64,000 nucleotides of DNA, from the IMG/VR virus record IMGVR_UViG_3300048597_000133, positions 33,523 through 97,522 of that record. One strand, 5' to 3'. Shown in pieces: positions 9,843-21,103 of this stretch. The stretch comes from a virus. Position 1 is the stretch's first letter. Each line of letters opens with the position of its first letter. The notes under the pieces were generated by a model. The model saw nothing but the letters and a program-made list of their open reading frames with translations, did no database searches and was not told where the DNA came from. The translations under genes were made by a program, and so were the position numbers.

Positions 9843-12306
9843 GGGCGGCGGTGGCGCGTAAGGTCTCTAACTCATTAATAATGTCTAACAACTGCCACGA
9901 CTTATCCATGTCATAGCTATATGGATAACCAGTTACTAGCTCTCGGTACTGCCAAATCACGTCACCCATAAGCAAGTAAGAGTCTTCAACTTTTCTATGT
10001 AAGCCTACCTTTATGCGACGGTATTCTTCACACAAAGCTCTAAATTCAGGACTCCAATCAGCAATGCGCTTAGTGGTTACTGGGATAAACCTGCCCAGTC
10101 TCATACGAATGCGGGGGTAGATATTACCACACATGTTTGAGTCTCCGGCAAAATCTAGAATGTCTGCTGAGTGTTTACTTTCTAACCATTCGAAAAGGCT
10201 CTGTCGAACTTCTTGTATGCTGACCCAATTACATAAACCAGCTTGCCTTAAGGTCGTGATCTTATCTGCCGCGTTGCTTGATACAGTAAACCGAAAAGGA
10301 TGGTAGTGCTTAATGAAACAGCGCGGCGCCATAGCTACACACTTATAGTTCTTATCAGTGGATATAAACCCATGGTCATTATCAGACTCTAGATAAATAA
10401 TCCGTTCAGATAATAACGCTTCGTTAATGTCATCTAAGTTCTCTACAGTGTGTACATGCGCCCAGCTACCTACTGGAATGTAATCTTTGGACGTGTTACG
10501 TAGCTGACGCATCAAAACAGCCAGGTTTACCCCAGTCTTAGCCTCCACCTCATCCTTCTTACTTTTGTTTGTTGGTTTAGACTTAGGGCTGCTATATACC
10601 CCCAGATAATTAATAAGGGCGCCATAGGACTTAAATAGACGGTCGATTTCGTTAACAGATGCCTCGCCGTTAGCTAACTTTAAGACTAATATTGGTCCAT
10701 CGACACGTTCTTTATAGACCCGCTCAAGTTGCTTCAATGTCACATCTTGCCCGCGCGTCGCCACTACAGTAAGACCTAAGCCCAACACCTTTAACCTATT
10801 TATCTTTGTGCCACCTTTCGGCACCGCTTTAATCCTATGATGTACGTAGTTATCCCGTAGCTCCTTACATAGGTCATCTTCATACCTATAAAGGTGATCT
10901 TCGTGAGCCAGGATATAAAACTTAGAGACAGCCCAAGACGCATTTATGTCGTTGTTATTATCTTGATAAGACTTTAACCCGGTTGCATGTGGGTGCAAAA
11001 GGTTAATGGTCTTAGTATCCCCTTCGTATAAGAACTCAGGGTACGTAGATTCAGCATGTTCCCCGCCTTTATAGCAGAGAGTATACTCACCAAACTTGAC
11101 GGTGTAAGTAAGGTTATTCAGCCTATAACAAGACAACACAGCCAAGACCTTACAGCAAAACTTAAAGAACGTGTTAGCTAAGGTCGTCGCGTTGTCTAAC
11201 TCATCTACGTTCTTTATATAGACATCAAAAGCCTTTTGGATATGTCGCCCTATTTCCTGGTTGAATACTTCTGTAAGAGCTTCGTAGGCAAGCTGCTTTA
11301 CGGATTCTAAGGTCAACCGTTTGAGGTCATTATCTAGTAGCTCTTCGCGACTAGTGTTAAGAGGTAAATAGCCGGGCGGTACCCGAATAACCACAATATA
11401 ATGTGACTCAGTACTTAACTGCCTAAATCGTTCAACGAAGGACAAAGCGGTTTCAATAGTATCTTGCCGTCTAAGTCTGAGACCGCTACCTGACGAGTAA
11501 TATGACCTGCGGTTAAGTGGGTATAATGCACCGCCCAAATCTAAAACTAGATACTCACCACTAAACCGGTTAGCCAGATAAAAGTCTACAGTGATGTCTA
11601 CACCTTTATTGTCTTTGATAGGTAAAGACCAGCACTTAAACTCTTCTAGATTATGGTTAAACCACCAGTCATCGTCTTCACTATCTTCGTGAAAAGACTC
11701 TCCTTTGAGAATATTGACTTTATACCTAGACACCTCCGTTAAATCTAAGACATTGGAGATTATGGTGTCCACAGAGGTTTTAGCCGTAGGTATAGTCACC
11801 TCTAATCCAGTATTGTCGGCGGGCACCGGCTCCGGCCCAGACCAAACAGTCAGCTCAGGGATGTGATACTCATTGAGATTACAGAGGTATAGAGTTTCAT
11901 AGCCGCCGTGAAAACTACGGATATAGAACTGTTTGGAGAATGCTAATGGCGCTAAGCGACCTACACCGTAAGCGCCAATGGCGTTGGCATTATCCTCCTT
12001 AGTGCTTTCTCCAATGTGGGTATATAACCCGTGCATTTGCTCATCACTTAGCCCTGGCCCGTGGTCTCGAATAACAACCCGGTCTTTTTCTATAGTGATG
12101 TCTACGGCTAATCCAGGCGCTACTTCGTTATTAGCGTCGTAGGCATTGCTAATAATCTCCCGTAGGGCGGCGGTCAGTGGGTTGGCATATTGCTGGGTAA
12201 TTAAGAGCTGACTTAGTTTAGCCAGTTGCTGTCGCTCTAACTTAATAGTGAACTCTTTACCAGACTCGTTTTTAATGGCAGTGCGGGATTCTAAGATGGG
12301 TTTCAT
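9826..12306 (-). CDS. rIIA: rIIA-like protein (GHKL ATPase N-terminus)
   Basis: ALREIISNAYDA, IRDHGPGLS, GESTK, IGAYGVG and NTGLEV motifs, plus L..SREEL; 826 aa, typical of RIIA. Confidence 0.75.
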   Translation of the reverse strand: MKPILESRTAIKNESGKEFTIKLERQQLAKLSQLLITQQYANPLTAALREIISNAYDANNEVAPGLAVDITIEKDRVVIRDHGPGLSDEQMHGLYTHIGESTKEDNANAIGAYGVGRLAPLAFSKQFYIRSFHGGYETLYLCNLNEYHIPELTVWSGPEPVPADNTGLEVTIPTAKTSVDTIISNVLDLTEVSRYKVNILKGESFHEDSEDDDWWFNHNLEEFKCWSLPIKDNKGVDITVDFYLANRFSGEYLVLDLGGALYPLNRRSYYSSGSGLRLRRQDTIETALSFVERFRQLSTESHYIVVIRVPPGYLPLNTSREELLDNDLKRLTLESVKQLAYEALTEVFNQEIGRHIQKAFDVYIKNVDELDNATTLANTFFKFCCKVLAVLSCYRLNNLTYTVKFGEYTLCYKGGEHAESTYPEFLYEGDTKTINLLHPHATGLKSYQDNNNDINASWAVSKFYILAHEDHLYRYEDDLCKELRDNYVHHRIKAVPKGGTKINRLKVLGLGLTVVATRGQDVTLKQLERVYKERVDGPILVLKLANGEASVNEIDRLFKSYGALINYLGVYSSPKSKPTNKSKKDEVEAKTGVNLAVLMRQLRNTSKDYIPVGSWAHVHTVENLDDINEALLSERIIYLESDNDHGFISTDKNYKCVAMAPRCFIKHYHPFRFTVSSNAADKITTLRQAGLCNWVSIQEVRQSLFEWLESKHSADILDFAGDSNMCGNIYPRIRMRLGRFIPVTTKRIADWSPEFRALCEEYRRIKVGLHRKVEDSYLLMGDVIWQYRELVTGYPYSYDMDKSWQLLDIINELETLRATAAHDPVQ

Positions 12307-12662
12307 TAGTTCTTGATGGGGAATTTGGACTCGAAGGATTCTTTGAGGGCATTAGCTAACTGAGTGCCTTTATCTAAGGCCATATCACTTAGCTCTTTAG
12401 GGTCTAATCCTGGATAATCTTCAATTAGCTGCGGGAGATAAATTATGGCGCAGGTCAATGCTTCAGTTGCCCAATACTCGTCGGAATTAATATAAGGGTC
12501 TTGCTCTTCAGCTAAAAGCGTATAGAGGTCGCATAACTGGTCTTCGATGGAAGACAGGTATTGATCCCGGTCAGCGATTTGTTTGAGGTAATGGGCGCCG
12601 TAGACCACGGCCTTCTGAATAGTCTTGAGGTAGTTAAGAACGTGAGTCAGTGGATTGTTCAT
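12306..12662 (-). CDS. hypothetical protein
   Basis: 118-aa ORF coupled to rIIA (TAATG overlap). Confidence 0.6.
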   Translation of the reverse strand: MNNPLTHVLNYLKTIQKAVVYGAHYLKQIADRDQYLSSIEDQLCDLYTLLAEEQDPYINSDEYWATEALTCAIIYLPQLIEDYPGLDPKELSDMALDKGTQLANALKESFESKFPIKN

Positions 12663-12686
12663 TGGTTTGGTTTAGGTAGGTAAAAC

Positions 12687-12719
12687 AAAGCCCGCCGATT
12701 ACTGTATCGACAGGCTTTT
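12687..12719. terminator. intrinsic terminator-like hairpin
   Basis: AAAGCCCG.CGAT...ATCG.CAGGCTTTT imperfect inverted repeat flanked by A and T runs. Confidence 0.5.
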
Positions 12720-13002
12720 CGCAAAAGGTGTTGATTAAGTGCTAGCGCCATTCAGGCTCAGCTTTCTGTAGCAGAGTCGTGAGGTTGGCACGCCTATTCT
12801 TTACCTTAAGCCTTTTGTTGGTGTTTAGGCTTCTAAGATATGCAGTGGTTTTTGTCTGGTAATTAGTAGTTGAGTTCATGGATTTGGTATCAAAATATAC
12901 CATTTGATTATAGCGCGGCGGTTGATAACCTTTTTGTTTAGCGGCGGCTAGAAGTGGACTAAGTTGAGTGTAGTCGAGCTCCTATTTTGTCTATGAGTAG
13001 TT

Positions 13003-14151
13003 ATGGCTAGTTTAAAAGAGCTGTACAGATTACAGAGCACGCTGACGGGCGAGCAGGTTAAGAGTTTATACGAAGGGGAGTTTGACACTAACGCCTACAC
13101 TGATGCTGAGAAAAATCGCTTAGCTAGTCTTTATTACACCCCTACAGCCACTAAGACTTCTAACTATACAGCTGTTAATGGTGAAGAAGTTAGGTGTGAT
13201 ACTACAACCGCCGGGTTTACAGTAACCCTACCTCTTAGTGGCTCTGTAAGGATAGTAGACATAGTGGGCACAAATATAAACAGTGGCTTTGGGACTAACT
13301 CGTTGATGTTGGTAACACAAGCTGGCCACACTATATTGGGTGAGTCAGACTTAGAGTTAGATGTTGGCGGGCTCCGTCTTGTGCTGGCTTTGTATGGTAG
13401 TGACTGGAAGGTTATAGATGCTTTAGGACCACAATTTGCTGCCCTTGAATGGGATATGGTCCTTAATAAGCCGGCATTTGGCACAGCAGCGTTAACAGAT
13501 AGTACTGAGTATGCTACGGCAGAACAGGGTGCTAATTCTGTTCAGGTGACAGGTAACCAAACTATTGCTGGAATAAAAACTTTTACTTCTCCCCTTATCC
13601 TTCCTGACAATTCCCGCATCAATGGGGTAGAGCATTTTTATAGAACTACTAAGCCCACGGCAAGAGGGGATGGGAGTGCGTTGGTTGCTGGTGATAAGTG
13701 GTACAAAAAAGATACTGGAGAAGAATGGTGGTGGAATGGGACTTATTGGGTTGGGGATATCATTGTAGCCTCAAATTCTTCAAGTCACAGTATAACTACC
13801 ACAACGGAAGGGTATGGGGTTCCTTCGCCCACCTACCCTCAAATACTGATTGAATTTATTTCTAGCTACTTTTATCTTAATGATATCGATGCCACTATTG
13901 ATCCAGAAAATTATCATGTATTAAGACTTTATAGAAATGGTAGCACTTATGTTGCTGATCTTTTAATCCGTCCCGCTTCGGGAACACAGTCTGGCGCAAT
14001 TAATTACATTAGCCCTCAACTTTCAATTTATTCGTCAACAACCGGGGGGTTTCAGTTTTCGTATCGTTACGACGCAGGTAATGGTACTCCTGGCCCTGTG
14101 AATACGCAATCGGTTGTCAAGACTTTGTATTACAGAAATGTATTTATCTAA
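13003..14151 (+). CDS. tail fibre-like protein
   Basis: Thr/Gly-rich; FGTAA, GNQTIAGIKTFTS and GDKWY...WWWNGTYW fibre motifs. Confidence 0.7.
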   Translation: MASLKELYRLQSTLTGEQVKSLYEGEFDTNAYTDAEKNRLASLYYTPTATKTSNYTAVNGEEVRCDTTTAGFTVTLPLSGSVRIVDIVGTNINSGFGTNSLMLVTQAGHTILGESDLELDVGGLRLVLALYGSDWKVIDALGPQFAALEWDMVLNKPAFGTAALTDSTEYATAEQGANSVQVTGNQTIAGIKTFTSPLILPDNSRINGVEHFYRTTKPTARGDGSALVAGDKWYKKDTGEEWWWNGTYWVGDIIVASNSSSHSITTTTEGYGVPSPTYPQILIEFISSYFYLNDIDATIDPENYHVLRLYRNGSTYVADLLIRPASGTQSGAINYISPQLSIYSSTTGGFQFSYRYDAGNGTPGPVNTQSVVKTLYYRNVFI

Positions 14152-14621
14152 TGAAACGCAACTCAACTACTTTATTCCTCGTGTCCCCCGGTGCTACTAC
14201 TCCCATTCCATGGGTAAATGGTGCGCCTGATTTCTCTGCTTTCACAGAACCAACGCTATCCGTTTTGCAAAATAGCTGGCAGGCATTTCTTGATAGTGGG
14301 CAGGAGTTAGAGGTAGTACCTGATCCTGAACCAATAGTAGAACCTCCTACACCTAACTGGGATGGTTTTAACGCCTATATGCTCACCGACTCCACTTTCA
14401 AAACATATCGTGATTCTGTAAGACAAGCTGACGGCGACCTTAACGCTGCTTTATTCAACGCGTATGCGTTAGTAGTGAGTAATGGAGTAGCACCATTCGC
14501 TTTAATATGGGGCGTCTGGTGTCAGTTAGCCCAAATTACTGCAGAGGATAAGGAGCAAATAGCCACCGCAGCTGAAAGCTTTAACCTTACTAACGACTTT
14601 ATTAACACTATAAGGGGGTAA
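14151..14621 (+). CDS. putative tail fibre assembly/accessory protein
   Basis: Coupled to the fibre gene; PNWDGFNA domain shared with 15906-16412. Confidence 0.55.
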   Translation: MKRNSTTLFLVSPGATTPIPWVNGAPDFSAFTEPTLSVLQNSWQAFLDSGQELEVVPDPEPIVEPPTPNWDGFNAYMLTDSTFKTYRDSVRQADGDLNAALFNAYALVVSNGVAPFALIWGVWCQLAQITAEDKEQIATAAESFNLTNDFINTIRG

Positions 14622-14623
14622 CT

Positions 14624-15109
14624 GTGCCTAAGATATCAGAAAAATTAAAGCTAAAAGGGCACTTAGACGGCACGGAAATCAAATCCTTATACGAAGGCGT
14701 CCCAGATACCAATGCTTTTACTGATAGTGAAAAGTATAAGCTTAATAACTTAGTAGGCAATATAGAAACTTTTATTCTGCTACTTACTCCACCGGAAGTA
14801 AATATCACCCTCGACGCCAATATACCGGCTATCAATTACTTTCCTTATGCAATGACCGTCACTTCTATACTGGCTAGTTTAGATATAGCACCCACTGGTT
14901 CGGCGGCAGTGATTAATGTGTTCAAAAACGGTACAACAATGCTCAACGCCAGCAAGTTAACCATAGCGGCTGGGACTAAAACTGTGGTCGGCACTTTGGT
15001 CACTACCACCATTGCGGCTGGGGATGTGATTAGCGCATCCATCGACCAGATTGGGGCGACGGTTCGAGGTCAGTATTTAAGCATAACAATTAATGGGGAG
15101 AGGGCTTAG
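14624..15109 (+). CDS. tail fibre-related protein (N-terminus paralogous to 13003)
   Basis: GTEIKSLYEGVPDTNAFTDSEK versus GEQVKSLYEGEFDTNAYTDAEK. Confidence 0.6.
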   Translation: MPKISEKLKLKGHLDGTEIKSLYEGVPDTNAFTDSEKYKLNNLVGNIETFILLLTPPEVNITLDANIPAINYFPYAMTVTSILASLDIAPTGSAAVINVFKNGTTMLNASKLTIAAGTKTVVGTLVTTTIAAGDVISASIDQIGATVRGQYLSITINGERA

Positions 15110-15111
15110 AT

Positions 15112-15900
15112 ATGGGGACTACTGTTGTTTATTGCTACGATATTAGCCTTGATCCAGATGCTTACAATTACATTAAGGCTGTAGAAACAGCGGATGGTCA
15201 GGCATTAGAACCAACCACCAGAAAAGCATACGATAAGTTTATTCGGTCTTGTAAACAAGATGGAATGCTGGATTTAATAAAAGCCTGTTGTATTTTGGCG
15301 GGAGCAAGAACATTAAATGGAGCTTTGGTGCCATTGAAAGGAACTGCGCCGACTAATTTTAATTTTGTGGGTAGTGATTATAACCGCAAAACGGGGTTAA
15401 AGGGAGATGGAAGCAACAAGTATTTAAGGACAGCAACAACACTAAACGATATAAATATTGATGATTTTACCTTGTTTTGTAACATAACAGAAGCGCAGAC
15501 TGTTAGCACTGCCGGTTGGGTTTCGGCAGCGCAATCTAACGAGACAACTTTGTATTTGGGGAGTTATAACGCTGGATCAGCAGATGGTGTTTCGGTTGGG
15601 CTTGCTACAGGAAGGGCAGGGCTGACTAGAACCACAGCTGTTGGATTTCACGGGGGGAGGGGAAACAGTACAAACTACAGGGAATATTATTGGGATGGAC
15701 TAATTAGAAGTACAAACACAACCTCTCAGGCACTTATTACATCTAGTGCTAATTTTTGTATATTCAGAGCAGGAGAGAATGTACTTGGTCAATTTTCAAA
15801 TCCTAGAATGTCCATTTGTGGATTAGGCAAATTTCTAGATTTAAGTTTACTTAACAACTGTGTAACCCAACTAATGACCGACATCAACAACGCATTTTAA
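15112..15900 (+). CDS. virion/tail-associated protein (lectin-like)
   Basis: DPDAYNYIKAVETADGQALE...CILAGARTLNGALVPL...DYNRKTGLKG is a motif I recognise from aquatic phage tail regions. Confidence 0.55.
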   Translation: MGTTVVYCYDISLDPDAYNYIKAVETADGQALEPTTRKAYDKFIRSCKQDGMLDLIKACCILAGARTLNGALVPLKGTAPTNFNFVGSDYNRKTGLKGDGSNKYLRTATTLNDINIDDFTLFCNITEAQTVSTAGWVSAAQSNETTLYLGSYNAGSADGVSVGLATGRAGLTRTTAVGFHGGRGNSTNYREYYWDGLIRSTNTTSQALITSSANFCIFRAGENVLGQFSNPRMSICGLGKFLDLSLLNNCVTQLMTDINNAF

Positions 15901-15905
15901 TTATC

Positions 15906-16412
15906 ATGTCTAAAATTCTTTATCACCAACCAACCAATCAAATCGTTGCTTATAACCGATTGGACAGCGATTTGCCTGTAGGTTTAGATGATGTTTATTT
16001 GGTACTTGACCAGATAACAACTAACCTACCAGAGTATGACGAGAAAACTCAGATTGCTACACCATCTTGGGTGATTGACGTTGAGAATTTGCAATACCGC
16101 CAAGAGTGGATAGTGAGTGACAAACCAGAACCGGAACCTGTACCTAACTGGGATGGCTTTAACGCCGCTATATTAAGCTCTGTTGAATTTAACACTTATT
16201 ATGGCACTGGACTTCAAGCTGCCCCGGCTATCACCACCTCTATCCCAACTGCATTAGCCCAAGTATCTACCAACGGTATCAATGCTTTTGCTTTAACATT
16301 TAATGGATTTTGTCAAGCTGTGAGCGTTACTCCTCAACACCGTGGGGAATGGGCAGATATGGCAGTGACATTCAACTTACCGGAGAACTTTGTTAGCATC
16401 GTCCGTGGCTAA
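15906..16412 (+). CDS. putative tail fibre assembly/accessory protein
   Basis: C-terminal half paralogous to 14151-14621 (PNWDGFNA...FNL..F...RG). Confidence 0.55.
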   Translation: MSKILYHQPTNQIVAYNRLDSDLPVGLDDVYLVLDQITTNLPEYDEKTQIATPSWVIDVENLQYRQEWIVSDKPEPEPVPNWDGFNAAILSSVEFNTYYGTGLQAAPAITTSIPTALAQVSTNGINAFALTFNGFCQAVSVTPQHRGEWADMAVTFNLPENFVSIVRG

Positions 16413-16579
16413 CCATTAACTACAAAATACTCACATTTCTGTTCATCGGCGGCTAATACCGGGGCAAACCATATTTGATTTGAGTTAGCCGCCGCCCGAC
16501 CAGAGTCAGCGTGTCTCCAACATAGTTTACTGCTAGGGCAAGTGGTGTTAGCACACATGGCGCTGTCTTGTTTAATCAT
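16409..16579 (-). CDS. small Cys-rich protein
   Basis: Hand translation MIKQDSAMCANTTCPSSKLCWRH...KCEYF, 56 aa. Confidence 0.55.
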   Translation of the reverse strand: MIKQDSAMCANTTCPSSKLCWRHADSGRAAANSNQIWFAPVLAADEQKCEYFVVNG

Positions 16580-16580
16580 T

Positions 16581-19500
16581 TTAAATCCTCGGCGGTAGCA
16601 TATCTCTTAGTCTAGTTTTTAGAGCGGCATCCCAGTCAGCCCGCCGCTTTTCTGCTATCTTCTCCTTGTTAACCTCACTCAGGTTAGCCACAATAGGCTC
16701 AAGGTATTCCTCTAAATCAGAGATTAACTCTTTTAAGAGGTTATTTAAGTTATGGCTGGTGTCATATAAATAACGGCAGCGATACGTTTTTCTATACTCT
16801 GGATAGTTATCTGCCCGCCGTATAAGAATAGTGACAGTGTCCATTACGGGGTCGTAGTCTACTCCCATCACAGGAACTAAATCCTTAACTGTACAGCATA
16901 AGTCTTCTGCCTTATCTTCTAATATCTGACAAAAAGCCTTATCTATTACAGAAAGGTTTGGGTTATACGACTTTACTGCTGCTGTAAATTGGTCTATGTT
17001 CATCTTTGAGTTAACCATTCTTCTAAAGTAAGTATTCCACTACGGTCCACGTTGTCCATATGCAACCGGCCGTACATGGCATGGATTCTATACGCGCAAT
17101 TATCAAACACTCTATCTCCCGCAGCTATAGCAGAGCCTACGCAAATCCTCTGTTGAGAAGCCGGCAACCGTGTAGTCTTATGGCAAAGGAAAGGTTTGTC
17201 TTCTTCTATGATGCTATGAGCTATCTCACGTTTGCGAGCCGGCTCTAAGGATTTAATAAATGGTGAGCCTTCACGGAAAGGGCAGTCTCTACATGGTTTT
17301 TGCATTATGTGTCCTACAGGTTTTCTAACTGTTCTAAATCGACTAAAGGATCATCAAAGCATGGGTCTGTTTTATAAACTTCAAGGTGTAATAGAGATAT
17401 AGGTCCGTAGCAGTATGGTTCGCAATGGACCACGGCCTCTTCAAATGACCAGGTGCCGGGTCTTTTAAACCTTTGGTCTGTGTAGAACACAGACATATCT
17501 TCATACTTTGACCGGACTGCATCTCCTCTTCCGTATGCCGCCCACATAGCAGCTCCTTCACGACAAGTAGGCCCTCCGCTAATCTTTAGTAGGTCTACTA
17601 AAAGCCGCTCTCTTTTATTTAATGGCTCCTCTGGGTCATCACAACACAACTGAGCCACGGCGGCGGCAAAAGACCGGTGGTATTGTGAGTGCGCCCCCGG
17701 GCGATGACTTAACCCCCACTTGAGCGCCTTATAGTAAGTTTTGATGATGTCCATTAAAGTACCTTCTTAAGGCTTGAGCTATACCGCTTATCTTATAATT
17801 CTGCTGGTATATTACCTTATCCACATTAATGAGCACGCCAAGATGCAGAAGTCTATTGCGGAGGATTACCTCTATCGGCATCAATAGCATGTCGTATTTT
17901 CTAAGGTTGGTTTTGCTGAGCATAAAATAAAAGCTCCTATGTAGATAGGAGCTTATACTGATTCTTCTAGAAAATGCACAATCTTCTTATTTTCCACAAT
18001 GGGAAATAGGTCATAAGTTTGGACTACTACTGTTTGGACACTAGCCATAAAGTTCTCCTTTGTGTTTTGGGTTTGATGGTCTTTTTTGCTTTACGGGCTA
18101 CAACAGGCTTTTATACTGTGTAGTTAGAGACCAAATAACCTCTATGCGGCTCACTTCTTTGATACTCTTCAGCATGTACGCGGTCTACGAAGAAATACCC
18201 GTCTGTGGCAAATAGGACTTTATCAGGGGACTGTTCTAGTTTTCTAAGTAGAGAATTATCCGCATGGTAGACACGATTAGTGGACAAGTCCCATGGCTCA
18301 CCGTCTATATAACAGAGCTCTTCTTCCTTATTCAGATAATAATCCCCATATTTAGGATGCTTAAAAGTTACAACTTCAGAATCGTCTTTACCTACTGCTT
18401 GAGTGAGTAACACGTATTCAGTGAGGGTTGGTGTTAGTTGGCAGGATAATACTTTTTGGGTTGGCATAGAAGTGATTAAGTGGAGGTCAAAAGTGTAATT
18501 ATAAGTCACTCTTCATTCTCGGTAGCCGTTGTAAACTTCTAGCCACAGCATCTCCCTCCACCCTTCTGGCAGCTTGTCTACGACGTGGTCTTCCTCTCTT
18601 TCTGTTTGAGAGTAATACTCTGGGGGATTGCCCTCGTCGTCGTAGTCTTGTAGTTGGAAAGGTATGTCGTAGTCTTCAATTGTGGCGCGAACTACTAAAG
18701 CAGTGTACATTGTCACCCCTATTCGCAGTAAGTCTTGAAGACTATGTAGTTCAACCATAGTGCCAGTCTTTGGTGGGTTGGTTACAGCCGGTTTGTTGCA
18801 ATGCAGGGGGTGGTTGGAGTATTTGATTAGGAATTGCATTGGTCAGGGTTGAGGAATATAAGAGTAGGTATTTGGTCGTCTTCACCTCGCTTATACCCAA
18901 TAAAGTCTCCTTGATTGCCGTCTATATAGGGCATAATCCACTCAAAGAAGTCTTTGATAAAGCCGGAGTATTTGGTATCCCCTTTGCCTAATAAAGAGTA
19001 GCAATACTCATCTTTAGTGAGCAGACGGCAAGCGGTGTTAGGCGTGTAATAGCTGGCGGAGTAAAACAGGTATCTCCACGACTGCTGTTCCTCTGTTAGC
19101 GCTTCTAAGTCAGCGTCTTCATGGTCACACATAACCTTAAGGACGTTAATAACGTCTTCAGGCACGGTGTCTTTGAGGTCTACATTAATATAGATTTCTG
19201 TGTAGTAGCCCATTTAGTAGTTCAGTTAAGTATGTTTGGTGTCTTTCTCAGTACACGCGAGATAGACAAGCCTAATCGGTTAGGAATATCTTTTAGCCCG
19301 GCGATGTAGGAATAGGGATAATTCAGTCTGAGGAGAACGTTTTCTATCTCTTTATCCGCTGCCGCAGAGATAATGTGGTCTGACCTCACGCCTATCAGTT
19401 TTCTTTTTAGGATCATGGTTAGTCTGACGCGTTTAATATATTTGCCATATGCCAAGGTAAAAGCCTTCCTAATCTATTAGGACTGTTAAGTCTTAATGCA

Positions 19501-20387
19501 ATAGTAGGGTGATAAAGAGGTGCGAACCTCGCACATATGTCATCTATCCTTTTTTCAATCCTTGATGCAACAAGCATATCTGACTTGACTTCTATCAGTG
19601 TTCTTTTTATGACCATGGGTGCAAGTCTGCTCATTGGTTAATAACTTGTTGTACTCGTAACCACTCAGCCAGGTCGCAGTCGTCTCCTAAGTGCCGGAAT
19701 GCAGAACCAGCATCCCTATCCTCACTATCTCGCTTTATTGCTTTGTTGAGTTCCTTGCTGATTAGGTCTTGAGTGCGTTTAGGTAGAGTAGACCATTGCT
19801 GGATAAGTAAGTCGCAGAAATCTGAGACAGCGTAAGAGCGGCGCCCGAGCCAAAGCGTTAGTAGCTGGGGGTCATTCATTCTCGTCCTCCTCATCTTGAT
19901 TGTCGTCTAAGATATTCTTCAGGCATTCCTTGCCTAGGATCTCTAGAGAGGACCAAAACAGTTGGTTGAGATAGTCGTCACACATGCGCGCTGCTATGAT
20001 GTCTAGGTGCTCTTGGGTGATTAAACTAGTTTGCTCATCTGTAAGGTCCAGAGCACATTGAACGTCATTTGGTGTGATGTAAGTAATAGCTGATTTCATT
20101 TGAGTTCCTCTTTAATACCAACTAAGTTCTACGGAAGGGTCTACACAGACATGGATGTCTACGTGTTCCTTAATCACAGCTAAGACGTCCTTCTTAACAT
20201 GGCGGCTCTTGTGACGCTTAACTGCAGTTAATAGTTTTTCCAGCTCCTCTACGTAATCTACTTCGAGTATGTCGGAGTTCTTCACAGCCTCTTCCCAGAC
20301 TTCAGGTGTGGTTTGCTGCTTTAAGTCCTCCAGTTGTTGTTTTAGGTTCTTTAGCTCTTGTTGGAATTGAATTTGGTCAGTAGTCAT
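16581..20387 (-). CDS. cluster of small hypothetical phage proteins (16581, 17000, 17314, 18111, 18513, 18827, 19631, 19872, 20112)
   Basis: Tightly packed co-oriented ORFs; 17000-17305 has PCxxCPF...CHK...C, a Zn-binding pattern. Confidence 0.6.
17729..17923 (-). CDS. MLTK-family microprotein (isolated copy, MLSK)
   Basis: 64 aa, starts MLSK, directly after a hairpin plus U-tract. Confidence 0.55.
   Translation of the reverse strand: MLSKTNLRKYDMLLMPIEVILRNRLLHLGVLINVDKVIYQQNYKISGIAQALRRYFNGHHQNLL
17924..17954 (-). terminator. intrinsic terminator abutting the MLSK start
   Basis: AAGCTCCTAT-CTAC-ATAGGAGCTT followed by TTATTTT then ATG on the minus strand. Confidence 0.7.
19222..19616 (-). 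CDS. tandem pair of paralogous microproteins (19419-19616 MVIK, 19222-19416 MILK)
   Basis: Shared KR.LI.V.SD and PNRLG motifs; same M-hydrophobic-x-K start. Confidence 0.6.
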
Positions 20388-20461
20388 AATTGTGTTGGTC
20401 CTTTAAAGAAAATACCGCCCTCGGTTGGGGCGGCGGTTCAGTATAACTTTATAAAGATAAG

Positions 20462-21043
20462 TTATACAGGCTGTCGCAGCTTAGACTTAAGGTTGGCATT
20501 TTCTGTTAGTAGTTGTTCAATGAGTACCTGGGCTTTCTCTAGTTCTAACTGTAATTGTCGTTTGGTAAGCCCAGCGTGCGTTTGCTGTTGGTCTTGTTCT
20601 AACCAGTATTGGTCAATAGTTAGTTCTTCTTCTGGACGACTGGCAGCCGTTTGTTCTAAATACCAATCAATAATCCTTAGGGTTCTACTCAACCTCATAG
20701 ATTTAGATAGACTCTTAGAATCACTACAGTCTTGCATTCCTAGCTTAAGAACTATATCCCAATTCTCTGCCAGCTTTATGCACTTATAGCAGTAGGTACG
20801 CTTCATATCCTTAAACCCTTCGTCTAAAAAGTGGTTGAAAGACCTGAAAACCCCCAAATCTGTCTCTATAGGATTAGTTTTAGTGGCGTCCTTTAAAGCT
20901 GACCGTATTTTAATGAGAGCATCACCAGCACACTTAAGGGCTAATATAGCTTCCATTCGAAGTCTTTGTGAGTCATCAAACTTACTGTCATGTAGGCTAA
21001 TCATAGCTTTGGCTTGCTGAAGGTCCTGCGATATACTTAACAT
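20462..21043 (-). CDS. hypothetical protein with C-terminal coiled coil
   Basis: 193-aa ORF with a leucine-zipper-like end. Confidence 0.6.
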   Translation of the reverse strand: MLSISQDLQQAKAMISLHDSKFDDSQRLRMEAILALKCAGDALIKIRSALKDATKTNPIETDLGVFRSFNHFLDEGFKDMKRTYCYKCIKLAENWDIVLKLGMQDCSDSKSLSKSMRLSRTLRIIDWYLEQTAASRPEEELTIDQYWLEQDQQQTHAGLTKRQLQLELEKAQVLIEQLLTENANLKSKLRQPV

Positions 21044-21062
21044 AGTTATGCTTTAAAAAGGT

Positions 21063-21103
21063 AAATAGTTGTACACGTTTTTCTGTTTTGTGTACAACTA
21101 TTT
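21063..21103. repeat. 14-bp perfect inverted repeat
   Basis: AAATAGTTGTACAC ... GTGTACAACTATTT at the downstream end of array A. Confidence 0.7.
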
